The notes beneath the pieces were generated by a model. The model ran no database searches. It saw only the letters and a list, made by a program, of their open reading frames with translations, and had not been told where the DNA came from. Below are positions 46,310-56,430 of a DNA stretch of 62,498 nt, piece after piece; positions within the stretch are counted from its first letter, which is position 1; each line of letters begins with the position of its first letter. The translations under genes were made by a program, and so were the position numbers. The stretch comes from a virus (Duplodnaviria > Caudoviricetes). The DNA is taken from the IMG/VR virus record IMGVR_UViG_3300036846_000351, positions 1 to 62,498 of that record. One strand, 5' to 3'.

Positions 46310-47533
46310 ATGAACCTCGAACAAGCTAAGGATATCCTGTTTCACACCCACATCGCGGCGATCGAGAGCGGTGAGCGGGCACACGGCTATGTTTTGCAGT
46401 CGGGTCCCGGCATCGGCAAGACCGATGGCATCTTTCAACTGGCCGAGCGGCTCGCGCGACACCTCAACGAGCCGGTCGGCGTCGTCGTGACGATGATCGC
46501 CGAGCTAACCGGGCCGGACATGAAGGGCTTTATGCTGCCTGTCCGTGGGGATGCGGGTAGCGTCCCCAAGACGGTATTCACCTGTCCGCCGTGGATGCCA
46601 ACGCACGACAACATCTACGTCGTGCTGCCTGATGGCACCTGGCACGACCCGTCGCTCGACGGTCCCTGGACCGGCGACATCCCCATTACAGGGATCGAGT
46701 TTCTCGACGAGTGGGGCCAGGGTGACGAGGATGTGCGCAAGCCGGGCGCGCCGCTGATCCACCGGGGCTATGTCGGGACTTACTCGCTGCCACCCCTCTG
46801 GAGGGTGGTAGCCGCGCAAAACCGGGTCAGTGACCGGTCGGGTGTGCAGCGCGAGCTGATGCACATCGTCAATCGTCGTTTTCTCTTGGACATCGAGCCC
46901 GACCTAGCAACCTGGCTCAACTGGGCCGACGATCAGCCGGTGCACAAGCGTCCGCACCACCTAACGCGAGCCTTTGCGCGCTCCGAAACCCAAATCGTGT
47001 TTCGGGCAACGCTCCCCGACAGCACCGACCCATACTGCACCCCGCGCTCGCTGTGCATGATGGACCGGGATATTCGGGTTTTACGGAGCGACGAAGATAA
47101 GGAGCACGACAGGCTCCCCATGAGCGATCTCGCTCGCGAGCTGTGCGCGGCGGCGATCGGCAAGGGTGCGGCAGCGCAGTTTTTCACTCATCTGCGCTTT
47201 GCCGATGAGCTGCCCGACCTACAAGACATCATCGACGACCCCACCGGGGCTAAGGTGCCACCGGGCAAGGACGCGCAGATGATCGTCGCCTACATGCTGG
47301 CGGACACGATCGACGAAAACACCGCCAAACCGTGCTTCCGCTACCTCACCCGTCTCGACCGGCGGATGCAGATGCTGGGTGTCGGGACGATCACCGGCAA
47401 GAGCGACGTTGCCATCGCCGACGCGGCGCGCTCGCAATCACAGGTGCGCCGCACCAAGGCGCTGGTGATCCTGCCCGAGTACCAGCGCTGGCTGATGGAG
47501 CACAAGGACCTGTTGTTGGCATCGCAGATGTAG
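46310..47533 (+). CDS. MoxR-like AAA+ ATPase
   Basis: GPGIGKT, FLDE, AAQNR, TPRS; GGAG RBS. Confidence 0.88.
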   Translation: MNLEQAKDILFHTHIAAIESGERAHGYVLQSGPGIGKTDGIFQLAERLARHLNEPVGVVVTMIAELTGPDMKGFMLPVRGDAGSVPKTVFTCPPWMPTHDNIYVVLPDGTWHDPSLDGPWTGDIPITGIEFLDEWGQGDEDVRKPGAPLIHRGYVGTYSLPPLWRVVAAQNRVSDRSGVQRELMHIVNRRFLLDIEPDLATWLNWADDQPVHKRPHHLTRAFARSETQIVFRATLPDSTDPYCTPRSLCMMDRDIRVLRSDEDKEHDRLPMSDLARELCAAAIGKGAAAQFFTHLRFADELPDLQDIIDDPTGAKVPPGKDAQMIVAYMLADTIDENTAKPCFRYLTRLDRRMQMLGVGTITGKSDVAIADAARSQSQVRRTKALVILPEYQRWLMEHKDLLLASQM

Positions 47534-47542
47534 AGGTGAGCG

Positions 47543-47854
47543 ATGACACCTGCGGAGTTTCTTTTGTGGGAGGCGTGTAATCGGCCCCCCACAACAGCGG
47601 AGTGGCTCACCTGGCTCAGACGGACCAACCAGCCGAAGTGCTTTCTGCGGTACACCAAGCGCGGCTGGGTTCGCCATCGCCGATTGCGGCCCTTTATATG
47701 CCCGATGACGCTCCCGCTCTATCGCGTGACCTGCGGTGGGTACTGGTGGGTGCCTCTCTTGTTGCGCCGCATGGATAAGTCACCGATAGCGACGCCGCAG
47801 CACCGCCGCGCCGCACCGTTGCAACTAACTACCGGTAGTAAAGGAAATGACTGA
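47543..47854 (+). CDS. Hypothetical basic protein
   Basis: GAGG RBS; fills the gap. Confidence 0.45.
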   Translation: MTPAEFLLWEACNRPPTTAEWLTWLRRTNQPKCFLRYTKRGWVRHRRLRPFICPMTLPLYRVTCGGYWWVPLLLRRMDKSPIATPQHRRAAPLQLTTGSKGND

Positions 47855-48791
47855 CATGAACGATATTACACCGATCGGAGTGGTTATCCTTGAGAACTCC
47901 GATATCACTCAGGCCGTGCGTGAGGCCGCGATGCTGGCTTATGTCAGCATCGGCGCGTGGAGCGCGACCGAGAAAGACGACGCGCTGATCGAGGAAGTGA
48001 AGTCGCGCCATGGCGCGACAGGCGAGGTCGGAACCGTGATCAAATATCTGCTCTCAGGAGCAGATAGCAAGCTTAAGGAGGTGCGCGCGGCGTTTCACGC
48101 CGTGCGTAACCACCACTACAAGCTGACGCTGCCATGGGTCAACGACCCGCACGCGCCGACGAACAAGGGGCCGAGGTTACTTCCACATTTAATTTATCCT
48201 CGGTACATGGTGGAGATTTCAGAAAAACGTCGCGCCGCGCTCGCCGCGCTGGAGGAATTTCTGGTGGTCTACCCTGACCTTGTTATCCAGGCTAAGGCCA
48301 ACCTCAGCTCCATGGTCGGGCAAAGCTCGTACCCGACGCCCGAGCAGCTTCGCAAGCTGTTTAGGTTACACGTTGACTTCTCACCCATCCCAGCGGGTCA
48401 GCACTTCACCGGGCTCAACGAGCACATGCGGGAGCGTCTAACCGAGAACCTGCGCAAAAAGCAGGAGCGCCAAATCATGGAGGCATCCTCCATGATGTGG
48501 GCACGGGCGCGCGAGCGTATCGAGCGCCTGGCCGACAGGATGGAGGTCAAAACCGACGAGGATAAGAAGCGGTTTAAAGAGGCGACCATTGAAAATGTCA
48601 GGGACCTCTTAACCTTGCTGCCCGGCTGGAACATCGCCGGCAACCCGATGGTTGACGAGATCACCCAGGACATCGAGCAGATGTTGCACGGGCTCGACGC
48701 GGGTCAGCTCCGGCGCGACGACGAGTTGCGCAAGGAGGTCGGCGACGAGGCGAAGAAAATCGTCGACAAGATGGCGCGCTGGGGCCTGTGA
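47847..48791 (+). CDS. DUF3150-like helical protein
   Basis: HYKLTLPW...GPRLLP, YPT.EQL...F; usual companion of AAA/VWA genes. Confidence 0.65.
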   Translation: MTDMNDITPIGVVILENSDITQAVREAAMLAYVSIGAWSATEKDDALIEEVKSRHGATGEVGTVIKYLLSGADSKLKEVRAAFHAVRNHHYKLTLPWVNDPHAPTNKGPRLLPHLIYPRYMVEISEKRRAALAALEEFLVVYPDLVIQAKANLSSMVGQSSYPTPEQLRKLFRLHVDFSPIPAGQHFTGLNEHMRERLTENLRKKQERQIMEASSMMWARARERIERLADRMEVKTDEDKKRFKEATIENVRDLLTLLPGWNIAGNPMVDEITQDIEQMLHGLDAGQLRRDDELRKEVGDEAKKIVDKMARWGL

Positions 48792-48800
48792 GAGGCTGGC

Positions 48801-49223
48801 ATGGGATACAACTCCATGCCGGCGCCTCCGCCGCAGCTGCCAGGCCGCGCCGAGCATGTCAGCCGCTTTGAGGTGCTGAGCGAGCTGGAGGACGTGTGGA
48901 ACGACAGCCAGCTTCGCACGGCGATCCTGCATGTGACCGGCGGGCACATCAATATGCGCACCGTCGTCGTCGAGACCAAGGTGGACGCCCAGCGTCTGCC
49001 CGTGGTTTGGAGCGATGCTCAGTCGGTCGGGCGGGTGCTCTACATGAGTCCCTGGCTGCCCCACAAGAACGAGCTGGCGATCGAGGTTTACGCCGCTTGT
49101 GAGCGCGTGGTCACCGCGATGAACCGCATGAACCTCGCGCTACAAGCCAACGACGCCCAGGACGTTTTCAACCACCTTTGGAGTATGGAGCAAATCGATG
49201 TTACCGACACGAGCAAAACTTGA
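48801..49223 (+). CDS. Hypothetical protein
   Basis: GAGG RBS; codon usage fits the genome. Confidence 0.6.
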   Translation: MGYNSMPAPPPQLPGRAEHVSRFEVLSELEDVWNDSQLRTAILHVTGGHINMRTVVVETKVDAQRLPVVWSDAQSVGRVLYMSPWLPHKNELAIEVYAACERVVTAMNRMNLALQANDAQDVFNHLWSMEQIDVTDTSKT

Positions 49224-50538
49224 CTATCAACAGCGCAAAGCCATGGACGAAGGCATGGTTGCCTTTATGAATTTCTGTCCGTTCTTTGCCTATTTCTTCA
49301 ACGACCAGATGGAGGAATACCCGACGCTGGAAGTGGAGACGGCGGCGACCGATGGCCGGCGGCTGTTCTACAATCCGTCCTACATGATGACGCTCAAACC
49401 CATGGAGCGCTGTTTCGCCTTCGCCCACGAGACCTATCACGTCATCTACAAGGACCCGATCAAAATGGCGTATTACATGGCGCAAGGTACGGTGAAGGGG
49501 CTGCCCTTTATCCGCGACCTGATGAACTGCGCGATGGATTACGTCATCAACGCGGACCTTGTGGACAGCGCGATCGGCACCTGCAACCCGGCCTGGCTCT
49601 ACGACGCCGCCATCAAGGCTAGCGAGATGGCCGAGGATGTCTACGTCAAGCTCTACAAAAAGCTCCCCCCGCCCCCGCCGCAACGACCCCAACAAGGCCA
49701 GGGCCAAGGCGGTGGCAGCGACGGTCAACAACAGCCGGGGCCAACTACCGGTAGTGGGCAGCAACAAATGCCACCACCTAAAACGCGTGGGCAGACAACC
49801 GGGCAAAAGGCTGGTCACGACCAGACGGCGCAAGCCGCCGGTGGGCGCTTTGACGAGGTGCTCGAACCCCACCGCGACGCAGCGTCGGGCAAGGAGGATT
49901 TGCCCAGCGAGATGGAGTTCCGCGAAGCGGTTTCGCGCAGCGAAGCCGCTGCGAAGCGGGTGGGTAAGATGCCCGGCAACTTACAGAGGATAGTAAGAGA
50001 AATTATCGAACCTCAGATTTATTGGAAGGATGAATTACGCCTCAGGATTACAGGGAAAATCGGCGCGCGGCGCGAGAATTGGGATCGTCCCAACCGTCGG
50101 CGCCTGGTGCTCAACCCGATGGTCTACATGCCCAGCCGCCAGGGGCATGGCGCGGAGCTGATCACCGTCGTCATCGATAACTCTGGCAGTATTGGAGATG
50201 ATGAATTAACCGTGTTCTTCTCCGAGGCCGCGTCGATCCTGGCCGATTGTAGACCTAAGAAGGTCCAAATCATCTGGTGCGACGAGCAGATCAAGCGCGT
50301 CGAGGAAGCGCGCTCGCTAGATGAACTCCTTCATCTACGCGAAGCTCCTGGTGGCGGCGGAACAAGTTTTATACCACCCTTTGCTTACCTTGAGCGCGAG
50401 CGCATCCAGCCAGATACACTCGTGTATCTGACTGACATGATGGGGCCTTTTCCTAAGGAACCAAATTATCCCGTAATTTGGTGCGCCACCACCGACATCA
50501 AGGGGCCGTTCGGCGAAACGGTGAGAGTGAAGGTATAA
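49198..50538 (+). CDS. DUF2201-type HExxH metallopeptidase-like plus VWA protein
   Basis: TAATDG, FAHETYH, MIDAS DNSGS, GGGGTSF, YLTD. Confidence 0.88.
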   Translation: MLPTRAKLDYQQRKAMDEGMVAFMNFCPFFAYFFNDQMEEYPTLEVETAATDGRRLFYNPSYMMTLKPMERCFAFAHETYHVIYKDPIKMAYYMAQGTVKGLPFIRDLMNCAMDYVINADLVDSAIGTCNPAWLYDAAIKASEMAEDVYVKLYKKLPPPPPQRPQQGQGQGGGSDGQQQPGPTTGSGQQQMPPPKTRGQTTGQKAGHDQTAQAAGGRFDEVLEPHRDAASGKEDLPSEMEFREAVSRSEAAAKRVGKMPGNLQRIVREIIEPQIYWKDELRLRITGKIGARRENWDRPNRRRLVLNPMVYMPSRQGHGAELITVVIDNSGSIGDDELTVFFSEAASILADCRPKKVQIIWCDEQIKRVEEARSLDELLHLREAPGGGGTSFIPPFAYLERERIQPDTLVYLTDMMGPFPKEPNYPVIWCATTDIKGPFGETVRVKV

Positions 50539-50549
50539 GGGAGGTGACA

Positions 50550-50870
50550 ATGACCCTAACCCCAGGAGTGTATGACCATAGCGAAGCGCCTTGGTGGGAG
50601 TTTACTCGCGACGATGACACTACGGTAGTGGTGAAGCAGTGGATGTCACAAGCAGCGGAGGTGTTCGCACAAGAGATCGCAAATCGTGCCGCCGGCGGGC
50701 TTGCCCGCGTCGAGAACGAAGGCATGTCGCTCGACGGCATGCAAGGATATTACACCTGTTACCTAGAGTTTCACCCCAATCACCCGGTTTACTTCACGGT
50801 TCACCGGGGCAACCAGACCATGGAGCCAAAAGATGCCACGACGCAAACCATCGACGGTGATCAAAAGTAA
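50550..50870 (+). CDS. Hypothetical protein
   Basis: GGAGGT RBS. Confidence 0.65.
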   Translation: MTLTPGVYDHSEAPWWEFTRDDDTTVVVKQWMSQAAEVFAQEIANRAAGGLARVENEGMSLDGMQGYYTCYLEFHPNHPVYFTVHRGNQTMEPKDATTQTIDGDQK

Positions 50871-51582
50871 TTACCCGCTGCGTGATACTTTTCGGAGCGA
50901 GCTTAGACACAAGGCCGAGAGCTTGCTGCTACGGGCGGTCGAGCTGCACGAGGCGTTCTGCCCGCTCGATGTCGACGACGTGATCAACGCAATCACGCAG
51001 GAGGAAGAACGCGCGGCGTGGATGCTGCTGCGCCATCGCCAGTTCTATGTGCCGATGGCGCACAGCCTACAGCCGTGGGTCCGTGCCGACGAGGACGTAA
51101 AGCTGCCGGCCAAGGTAAACTTTATAAGTTCGTCGCGCTTCCCCATGCTCCACACGGACCCGCTGTTCTTCGATCTCGACACGCTCGACGACGACAAGCG
51201 GCAAGCCTTTGTCGAGTGGCTCAACGCGGCGACGCGGCAGCGCCGCATCTTCAAGACCGCGAAGGCGTTGACCGACGCCTTTGTCGATCACCATTGCGGC
51301 GACAGCATCGCCTCGCTGCACACCCGCTGGCCCGAGTTCACCATCGTCCTGATTGAGATGGGAGACCCCTGGCCGACGCGGGCGCGCAACCTCACATCGA
51401 TCAAGCGCAGCGAGTATGACTGGCCGCGCTCCGGCGAGACCTATGACTGGTATCTCGACAACATGCGCAAGCTGGAGATCGTCGGCGGGCTGCTCGCCGA
51501 GGCACAGATGCTCAGCGTGCCCGAGGAGAAAAACGCGCTGGTCAGGGCGAGCGTGGTTGACTGGAAGGTCGAGCCGAGCTGA
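50833..51582 (+). CDS. Hypothetical protein
   Basis: 249-aa ORF with GGAG RBS. Confidence 0.7.
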   Translation: MPRRKPSTVIKSNYPLRDTFRSELRHKAESLLLRAVELHEAFCPLDVDDVINAITQEEERAAWMLLRHRQFYVPMAHSLQPWVRADEDVKLPAKVNFISSSRFPMLHTDPLFFDLDTLDDDKRQAFVEWLNAATRQRRIFKTAKALTDAFVDHHCGDSIASLHTRWPEFTIVLIEMGDPWPTRARNLTSIKRSEYDWPRSGETYDWYLDNMRKLEIVGGLLAEAQMLSVPEEKNALVRASVVDWKVEPS

Positions 51583-51614
51583 TAATATAACAACCATATT
51601 ATGCAGGTCCGCCG

Positions 51615-53543
51615 ATGATCATCAGCGGCGACTTTGAAACGTTCTACGACCGCGAATACTCGCTGTCAAAGCTCACCGAGGTTGAGTACATCCTCGATGA
51701 TCGCTTTGAAGCGATTATGCTGTCGCTCAAGCTGGGGTCCGGTCGCTCCCAAATTTATGTTGGGAGCGACGCCATCGCCGCCGCGCTGGCTGAGATCGAC
51801 TGGTCAACAGCGGCGTGGCTCAGCCACAACACACGCTTCGACGGCGCGATCCTGGCCTGGCGCTTTGGCTACATCCCCTCGCTTTACCTCGATACCTTGT
51901 CGATGGCTCGCGCCACCACCCATTGGAACCTGGGGCGCTCGTCCCTGCGCGCTGTCTCCGATTACCTTGGACTTCCTCCGAAGGGGGATGAAGTCGTGCG
52001 CGCGATCGGCAAGCGGCTCGCGGACTTCACGCCTGAAGAGCTGCGCGCCTACGAGGCGTATTGCATCAGGGATAATGATAACTGCTACGAAATTTTCCAG
52101 CGCATGCGACCGTGCTTCTCCGCCGTCGAGCTGCGGCTGATCGATCTCGTACTGCGCATGTTTATTCTCCCTCAAGTTTTGTTGGACGAGGATATCCTGC
52201 AAGACCATCTAAACGAAGTTCAGGCGGAGAAAGCGGCGATCCTGGCTGAGGTCGAGGCAACCATCGACAAAAGCGTATTTAGCTCCAACGCCAAATTTGC
52301 CAAGTTGCTTGAAGATCGTGGGGTTGTCGTCCCGCTCAAGCGGTCACCGACGACCAACGAGTTTATTCCTGCGGTCGCCAAAAATGACTGGGCCTTTAAA
52401 GAGCTGTGCGTCGACGACACGCAGCCGCTGTTTGTCCAGGCGCTGCTGGCTGCGCGCCTCTCGATCAAATCTACCATCGAGGAAACCCGCACGCGCCACC
52501 TGCTCCGCTTGTCGCGTACCGCGTGGCCTACCCAAGGGGTAGGTTGGGGCGTGGTGCCCCTGAAATATTCGGGCGCGCGTACCCACCGTCTCAGTGGAGA
52601 TGGGGGTACGAATTGGCAGAACCTCGTGCGCGGCTCGACCATTCGTAAGGCCATCCGGGCACCGGATGGCATGCGCGTCGTGCATCGCGACGCCAGCCAG
52701 ATCGAGGCGCGGATGGTCGCGTGGCTGGCTGGGTGCTGGGCGCTGCTCAACGCGTTCGCCGAGGGGCGCGACATCTATTCCGAGTTTGCGTCGGTGATCT
52801 ACCACCGGCCTATCGACCGTACACCCGTGGAAAAGGGTGGCGCCGGTGACATCAAGGAAGGCTTTGTCGGTAAGACCGCGATCCTTTCACTGAGCTACGG
52901 CGCCGGTGCGGTGCGGTTCCGCCACATGCTGTTTATCGGCAACGGCGGGATCAGTTACCGGATCGAGCTGGACGAGTCGGTGCGCATCGTTCGCATCTAC
53001 CGTGACCAACACCCTGAGATACCCGAGCTGTGGAACGCTATGGGCGTGCTACTCGCCGAGATTATCGAGACGCGATCGATGCACGGTGCCGTGACACTGG
53101 CGACGGCGCATGCCATCCTGCGCCGGCTGCCAATCGCAGCGGACCACGACAGCATCGTGCTGCCCAACGGGTTGAAGATCGCCTATCCCAACATCCGTCA
53201 CTACCGTAGTGCCATGAAACTGGAGGTTTGTTACAACGACCCCTACGGCGGGACGCAGAAAATCTACGGCGCCAAGACGCTGGAGAATGTCAGCCAGGCA
53301 CTGGCGCGCATCATCGTCACCGACATCGCCGTGCGTGTTCACCACACCACCGGCTACTGCCCGTTCCTCTCGACCCATGACAGCCTCGACTACTGCGTAC
53401 CCGTCAGCGAGGCCGAGGATATGGACACCGAGCTAGAGCGCGAGTTCGCCCTTGTGCCTTCCTGGGCACAAGGACTGCCGCTCGCCAGCGAGGGCGGCTG
53501 GGGCGTGACGCTACACGACGCCGAGCGGAGGGTGAACGCATGA
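51615..53543 (+). CDS. Family A DNA polymerase with 3'-5' exonuclease
   Basis: ExoI DFET, ExoII HNTRFD, ExoIII YCIRD; motif A DASQIEAR, motif B KTAILSLSYG, motif C HDS. Confidence 0.93.
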   Translation: MIISGDFETFYDREYSLSKLTEVEYILDDRFEAIMLSLKLGSGRSQIYVGSDAIAAALAEIDWSTAAWLSHNTRFDGAILAWRFGYIPSLYLDTLSMARATTHWNLGRSSLRAVSDYLGLPPKGDEVVRAIGKRLADFTPEELRAYEAYCIRDNDNCYEIFQRMRPCFSAVELRLIDLVLRMFILPQVLLDEDILQDHLNEVQAEKAAILAEVEATIDKSVFSSNAKFAKLLEDRGVVVPLKRSPTTNEFIPAVAKNDWAFKELCVDDTQPLFVQALLAARLSIKSTIEETRTRHLLRLSRTAWPTQGVGWGVVPLKYSGARTHRLSGDGGTNWQNLVRGSTIRKAIRAPDGMRVVHRDASQIEARMVAWLAGCWALLNAFAEGRDIYSEFASVIYHRPIDRTPVEKGGAGDIKEGFVGKTAILSLSYGAGAVRFRHMLFIGNGGISYRIELDESVRIVRIYRDQHPEIPELWNAMGVLLAEIIETRSMHGAVTLATAHAILRRLPIAADHDSIVLPNGLKIAYPNIRHYRSAMKLEVCYNDPYGGTQKIYGAKTLENVSQALARIIVTDIAVRVHHTTGYCPFLSTHDSLDYCVPVSEAEDMDTELEREFALVPSWAQGLPLASEGGWGVTLHDAERRVNA

Positions 53544-53854
53544 GCTGGTGTAATCCACCAACCACAAAGGCTAAGCAGCGCGCCTTTCTCACCGTCATTG
53601 CTGACCGGATCGAGCGCGACGCGCCGCATCTGATAGCGCATGTCGCCGCGCTGCGAGCGCTCGAACGGCATATGTATAACCGCAAGCCGGCGCACATTTG
53701 TCGCAAGCAATCCGTGCCCATGTCGCCTGCGGTCAAGCGCCAGATCAGGCTCTGGCGCGCTGTCGATCCAGACTTGCCACAGCACGTCATCGGTACGCGT
53801 GTCGGCGTGAACCAAGGTCGGGTCAACAACACACTGAGGGGGGTTCGTATATGA
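53540..53854 (+). CDS. Small protein with a C-terminal HTH
   Basis: LPQHVIGTRVGVNQGRVNNTLRG; ATGA overlaps. Confidence 0.65.
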   Translation: MSWCNPPTTKAKQRAFLTVIADRIERDAPHLIAHVAALRALERHMYNRKPAHICRKQSVPMSPAVKRQIRLWRAVDPDLPQHVIGTRVGVNQGRVNNTLRGVRI

Positions 53855-54384
53855 ACGTCGACACACTAAAGCGCGCTCTCACAGCTGTCCGTGAGAAGAT
53901 CGCCGCAGCGGATCAAGAGGCGTCTGAGTGGCTCGCCGAGCGTGATCGCCGGCGGCGACAGGAAGCCGCGTTCTTGCGTGGGATCGTGCGGATCGAGGGG
54001 TCGCAGCGTAAGGCCGCGATCGTTACTGGGATTAGCCAGGCGACGATTTCGCGAACCCTCGACCCTCAGGGATACGAGAAGAAGCGAGAACGTGATGCCG
54101 TTTATCGGCAAACGGCATCAGCTAAACCGCTGACAGTCGGGCAGACGCCGCCAGCTAAGCTGAGGCGCCGATCCGGCTGGCAGCCACATGAACCGAACCG
54201 GCACGAAATGGATAGGTGGTATCAACAATATTTAGGCTGGACAAAAACCAGCCAGGCGCAGGCAAGGATGTTGGTGTTTAACTCAACAGGGAGACTCCCC
54301 GATGCAGCCTACTACACCCCTAACGACACCAGTCGTGAAAGTTCCTTGGGCGCGCAAGGCGGACCTGCCGAGAGCGCTGATTGA
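53851..54384 (+). CDS. Coiled-coil/HTH protein
   Basis: SQRKAAIVTGISQATISRTL. Confidence 0.65.
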   Translation: MNVDTLKRALTAVREKIAAADQEASEWLAERDRRRRQEAAFLRGIVRIEGSQRKAAIVTGISQATISRTLDPQGYEKKRERDAVYRQTASAKPLTVGQTPPAKLRRRSGWQPHEPNRHEMDRWYQQYLGWTKTSQAQARMLVFNSTGRLPDAAYYTPNDTSRESSLGAQGGPAESAD

Positions 54385-54799
54385 GCGCGCTTACGAAACG
54401 TGCAAACGCGGTGACGAAGGGCACTGTATCAACACCAACCTCGTGCGCGCGTTTGCTACGCATTTGGGCCGGACGATCCGTCACCCTCATACCTATAAGG
54501 GCAACTTTCATTGGTCAGAAAAAATCAATGGTCAATGGTGTATGTTTGTTGCGCCGCTCGCACCTAAGTACGCCCGCCGGATCGACGCCTTTGATCACGA
54601 CGGCAAGCATTTTTGGCCTCCGGTCAAATGCCCGATGGGTCCGGTCCACTTTGTCGGGTTTTGTGAGCCGCGCAAAGTAGACCCGGCGACCATTAAGGAA
54701 CGTCGGGATCGCCACGAGGCCAGGATCGCCGCCGGTAAGCTAGTCCCCGGCTCGCGGTTCCGTGAACGGCAACTCCCCTATGTAGAAATCGGGACCTGA
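54302..54799 (+). CDS. Hypothetical protein (start uncertain)
   Basis: ORF fills the gap before the nuclease. Confidence 0.55.
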   Translation: MQPTTPLTTPVVKVPWARKADLPRALIERAYETCKRGDEGHCINTNLVRAFATHLGRTIRHPHTYKGNFHWSEKINGQWCMFVAPLAPKYARRIDAFDHDGKHFWPPVKCPMGPVHFVGFCEPRKVDPATIKERRDRHEARIAAGKLVPGSRFRERQLPYVEIGT

Positions 54800-54802
54800 A
54801 AC

Positions 54803-55465
54803 ATGGCGTTCACATGGTCCTACTCCCGGCTCAAGAACTTCGAGACCTGCCCGCGCCGGCATTGGCACTACGACATCGCGAAAGATATCGGCGAACCTGA
54901 AACTGTTCAGGTCGCCGACGGTCACGACGCGCACAAGGCGTTCGAGCTGCGCATCCGCAAAGGCCAGGCGTTGCCCCTGCCCTTGCTTCAGCACGAGCCC
55001 ATCATGCAGAAACTCGCCGCGCTGCCCGGTGAAATCTATGCCGAGCAGAAGCTGGCGCTGACCGCCGAGTACAAGCCGGTCGACTTCTTTGGCAAGGGTG
55101 TGTGGTTCAGGACGGTCGTCGACTTCTGCAATATCAACAGCGGCGTCGCGGCGGTCATCGACTACAAGACCGGCAAGCCGGGGCCGGACGTGACGCAGCT
55201 CCAGCTTATGAGCGCGACCGTCATGCACTACGACCGGCGGGTGCAGCGGGTCAAGGCGCGGCTGCTGTTTATGAACCACGACCATGCCGAGCGGGCGGAG
55301 TTTGTACGGGAAGATTTACCTGAAATATGGTCGGAGGTTCTGCCACGCGTCGCCAACCTGCGTATGGCGGTCGAGACCCAGGAGTTTCCGCCCAAACCGG
55401 GCGGCTTGTGCAAGCGCTACTGCGCGGTGGTGAGCTGCCCCTACCATGGGAGGGGAACGCGATGA
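54803..55465 (+). CDS. Cas4/RecB-like PD-(D/E)XK exonuclease
   Basis: WSYSRLKNFETCP, VIDYKTGK, QL.L, C-terminal C...C....C. Confidence 0.88.
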   Translation: MAFTWSYSRLKNFETCPRRHWHYDIAKDIGEPETVQVADGHDAHKAFELRIRKGQALPLPLLQHEPIMQKLAALPGEIYAEQKLALTAEYKPVDFFGKGVWFRTVVDFCNINSGVAAVIDYKTGKPGPDVTQLQLMSATVMHYDRRVQRVKARLLFMNHDHAERAEFVREDLPEIWSEVLPRVANLRMAVETQEFPPKPGGLCKRYCAVVSCPYHGRGTR

Positions 55466-55683
55466 GTGAAATTAAATTAACGGAAGAAGAACGCCGCGAG
55501 TATGTTCGCCGCGTCGATGAAGCTGTAGCCGATCTCAATAACGGAGAAATGCTAAGGGTTATCGGTATATTTCTAACCGACAGAATTTACGATTGTAAAC
55601 CGGAAGGTAGATTAGTTATCGCCGCAGGTTTTGCGTCACACTTAATAAGCGTTACTTTAAATATGGGTGCCCGTGATGACTGA
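55462..55683 (+). CDS. Hypothetical protein with low GC
   Basis: ATGA overlap; GGAGGG RBS. Confidence 0.6.
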   Translation: MSEIKLTEEERREYVRRVDEAVADLNNGEMLRVIGIFLTDRIYDCKPEGRLVIAAGFASHLISVTLNMGARDD

Positions 55684-55993
55684 CTTATCCAACCACAACT
55701 TCGCGCCGCGCCCGGCGTTCCCTAGCACGCCGTTCCGCTCGATTGGGGAGAGCAGGCTGCTGCGCAGCCCGTTGTTCCTGGCGATCCGCGATCAGCTCCC
55801 CGAGGGTGTCGCGCGCCGGGTCATGGTGACGCTGATCACCGATCCCTATTTCCTCGCGACCAAGGCGACCTTTATGACCGAGGACGGGCGCGCGTTTGAC
55901 GTGACGCTCGAACCGATGACACTACCCAACGGCAAGTGGGCATGTGCGAGGGTGCCCGAGCTGTTCATCGCCCATCTGTGTGTGGCGTTATGA
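55676..55993 (+). CDS. Hypothetical protein
   Basis: Overlapping start and stop. Confidence 0.6.
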   Translation: MTDLSNHNFAPRPAFPSTPFRSIGESRLLRSPLFLAIRDQLPEGVARRVMVTLITDPYFLATKATFMTEDGRAFDVTLEPMTLPNGKWACARVPELFIAHLCVAL

Positions 55994-56316
55994 CTCCTGA
56001 AGCCAAGGTCAAGGCTGGGATCAGGGCGGTGCTGCGCCGCCACGAGCCGCATGTCTACGACTATATGCCGGTGCCCGGCGGTTATGGTCGCAGCGCGCTC
56101 GACTATATCGGCTGCTGCTGCGGGATGTTCTTCGCGATCGAGGCAAAGCGCCGGGGCAAGGTGCCGACACCACGACAGGAGACAACCATCGAGGCAATGG
56201 AGCTTGCCGGTGCACGGGTCTTTATCATCGACGGACCCGACGGTATGGGAGAACTAGACCGATGGCTCACTACAGTAGTGACAGCGAAGGCGAGCCTTTC
56301 TATGTCATCGAGCTAG
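55990..56316 (+). CDS. VRR-NUC nuclease
   Basis: TPEAKVK...LDY...FFAIEAKR.GK.PT.RQ. Confidence 0.88.
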   Translation: MTPEAKVKAGIRAVLRRHEPHVYDYMPVPGGYGRSALDYIGCCCGMFFAIEAKRRGKVPTPRQETTIEAMELAGARVFIIDGPDGMGELDRWLTTVVTAKASLSMSSS

Positions 56317-56430
56317 GGAGTGGTGAACTACAGCTTTCGTTCAGTGGTGAAGTTATTGAAATCATCGAGCCGCGTGTTGTGTGGCCGATGCGGAGGTTAC
56401 CTATGTCGAGAGAGGATTTGAAGAAACTCT

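Noticed and set aside
54803-55465. CRISPR-associated Cas4
   Set aside because: A solo phage exonuclease in a replication module, with no array or other cas genes
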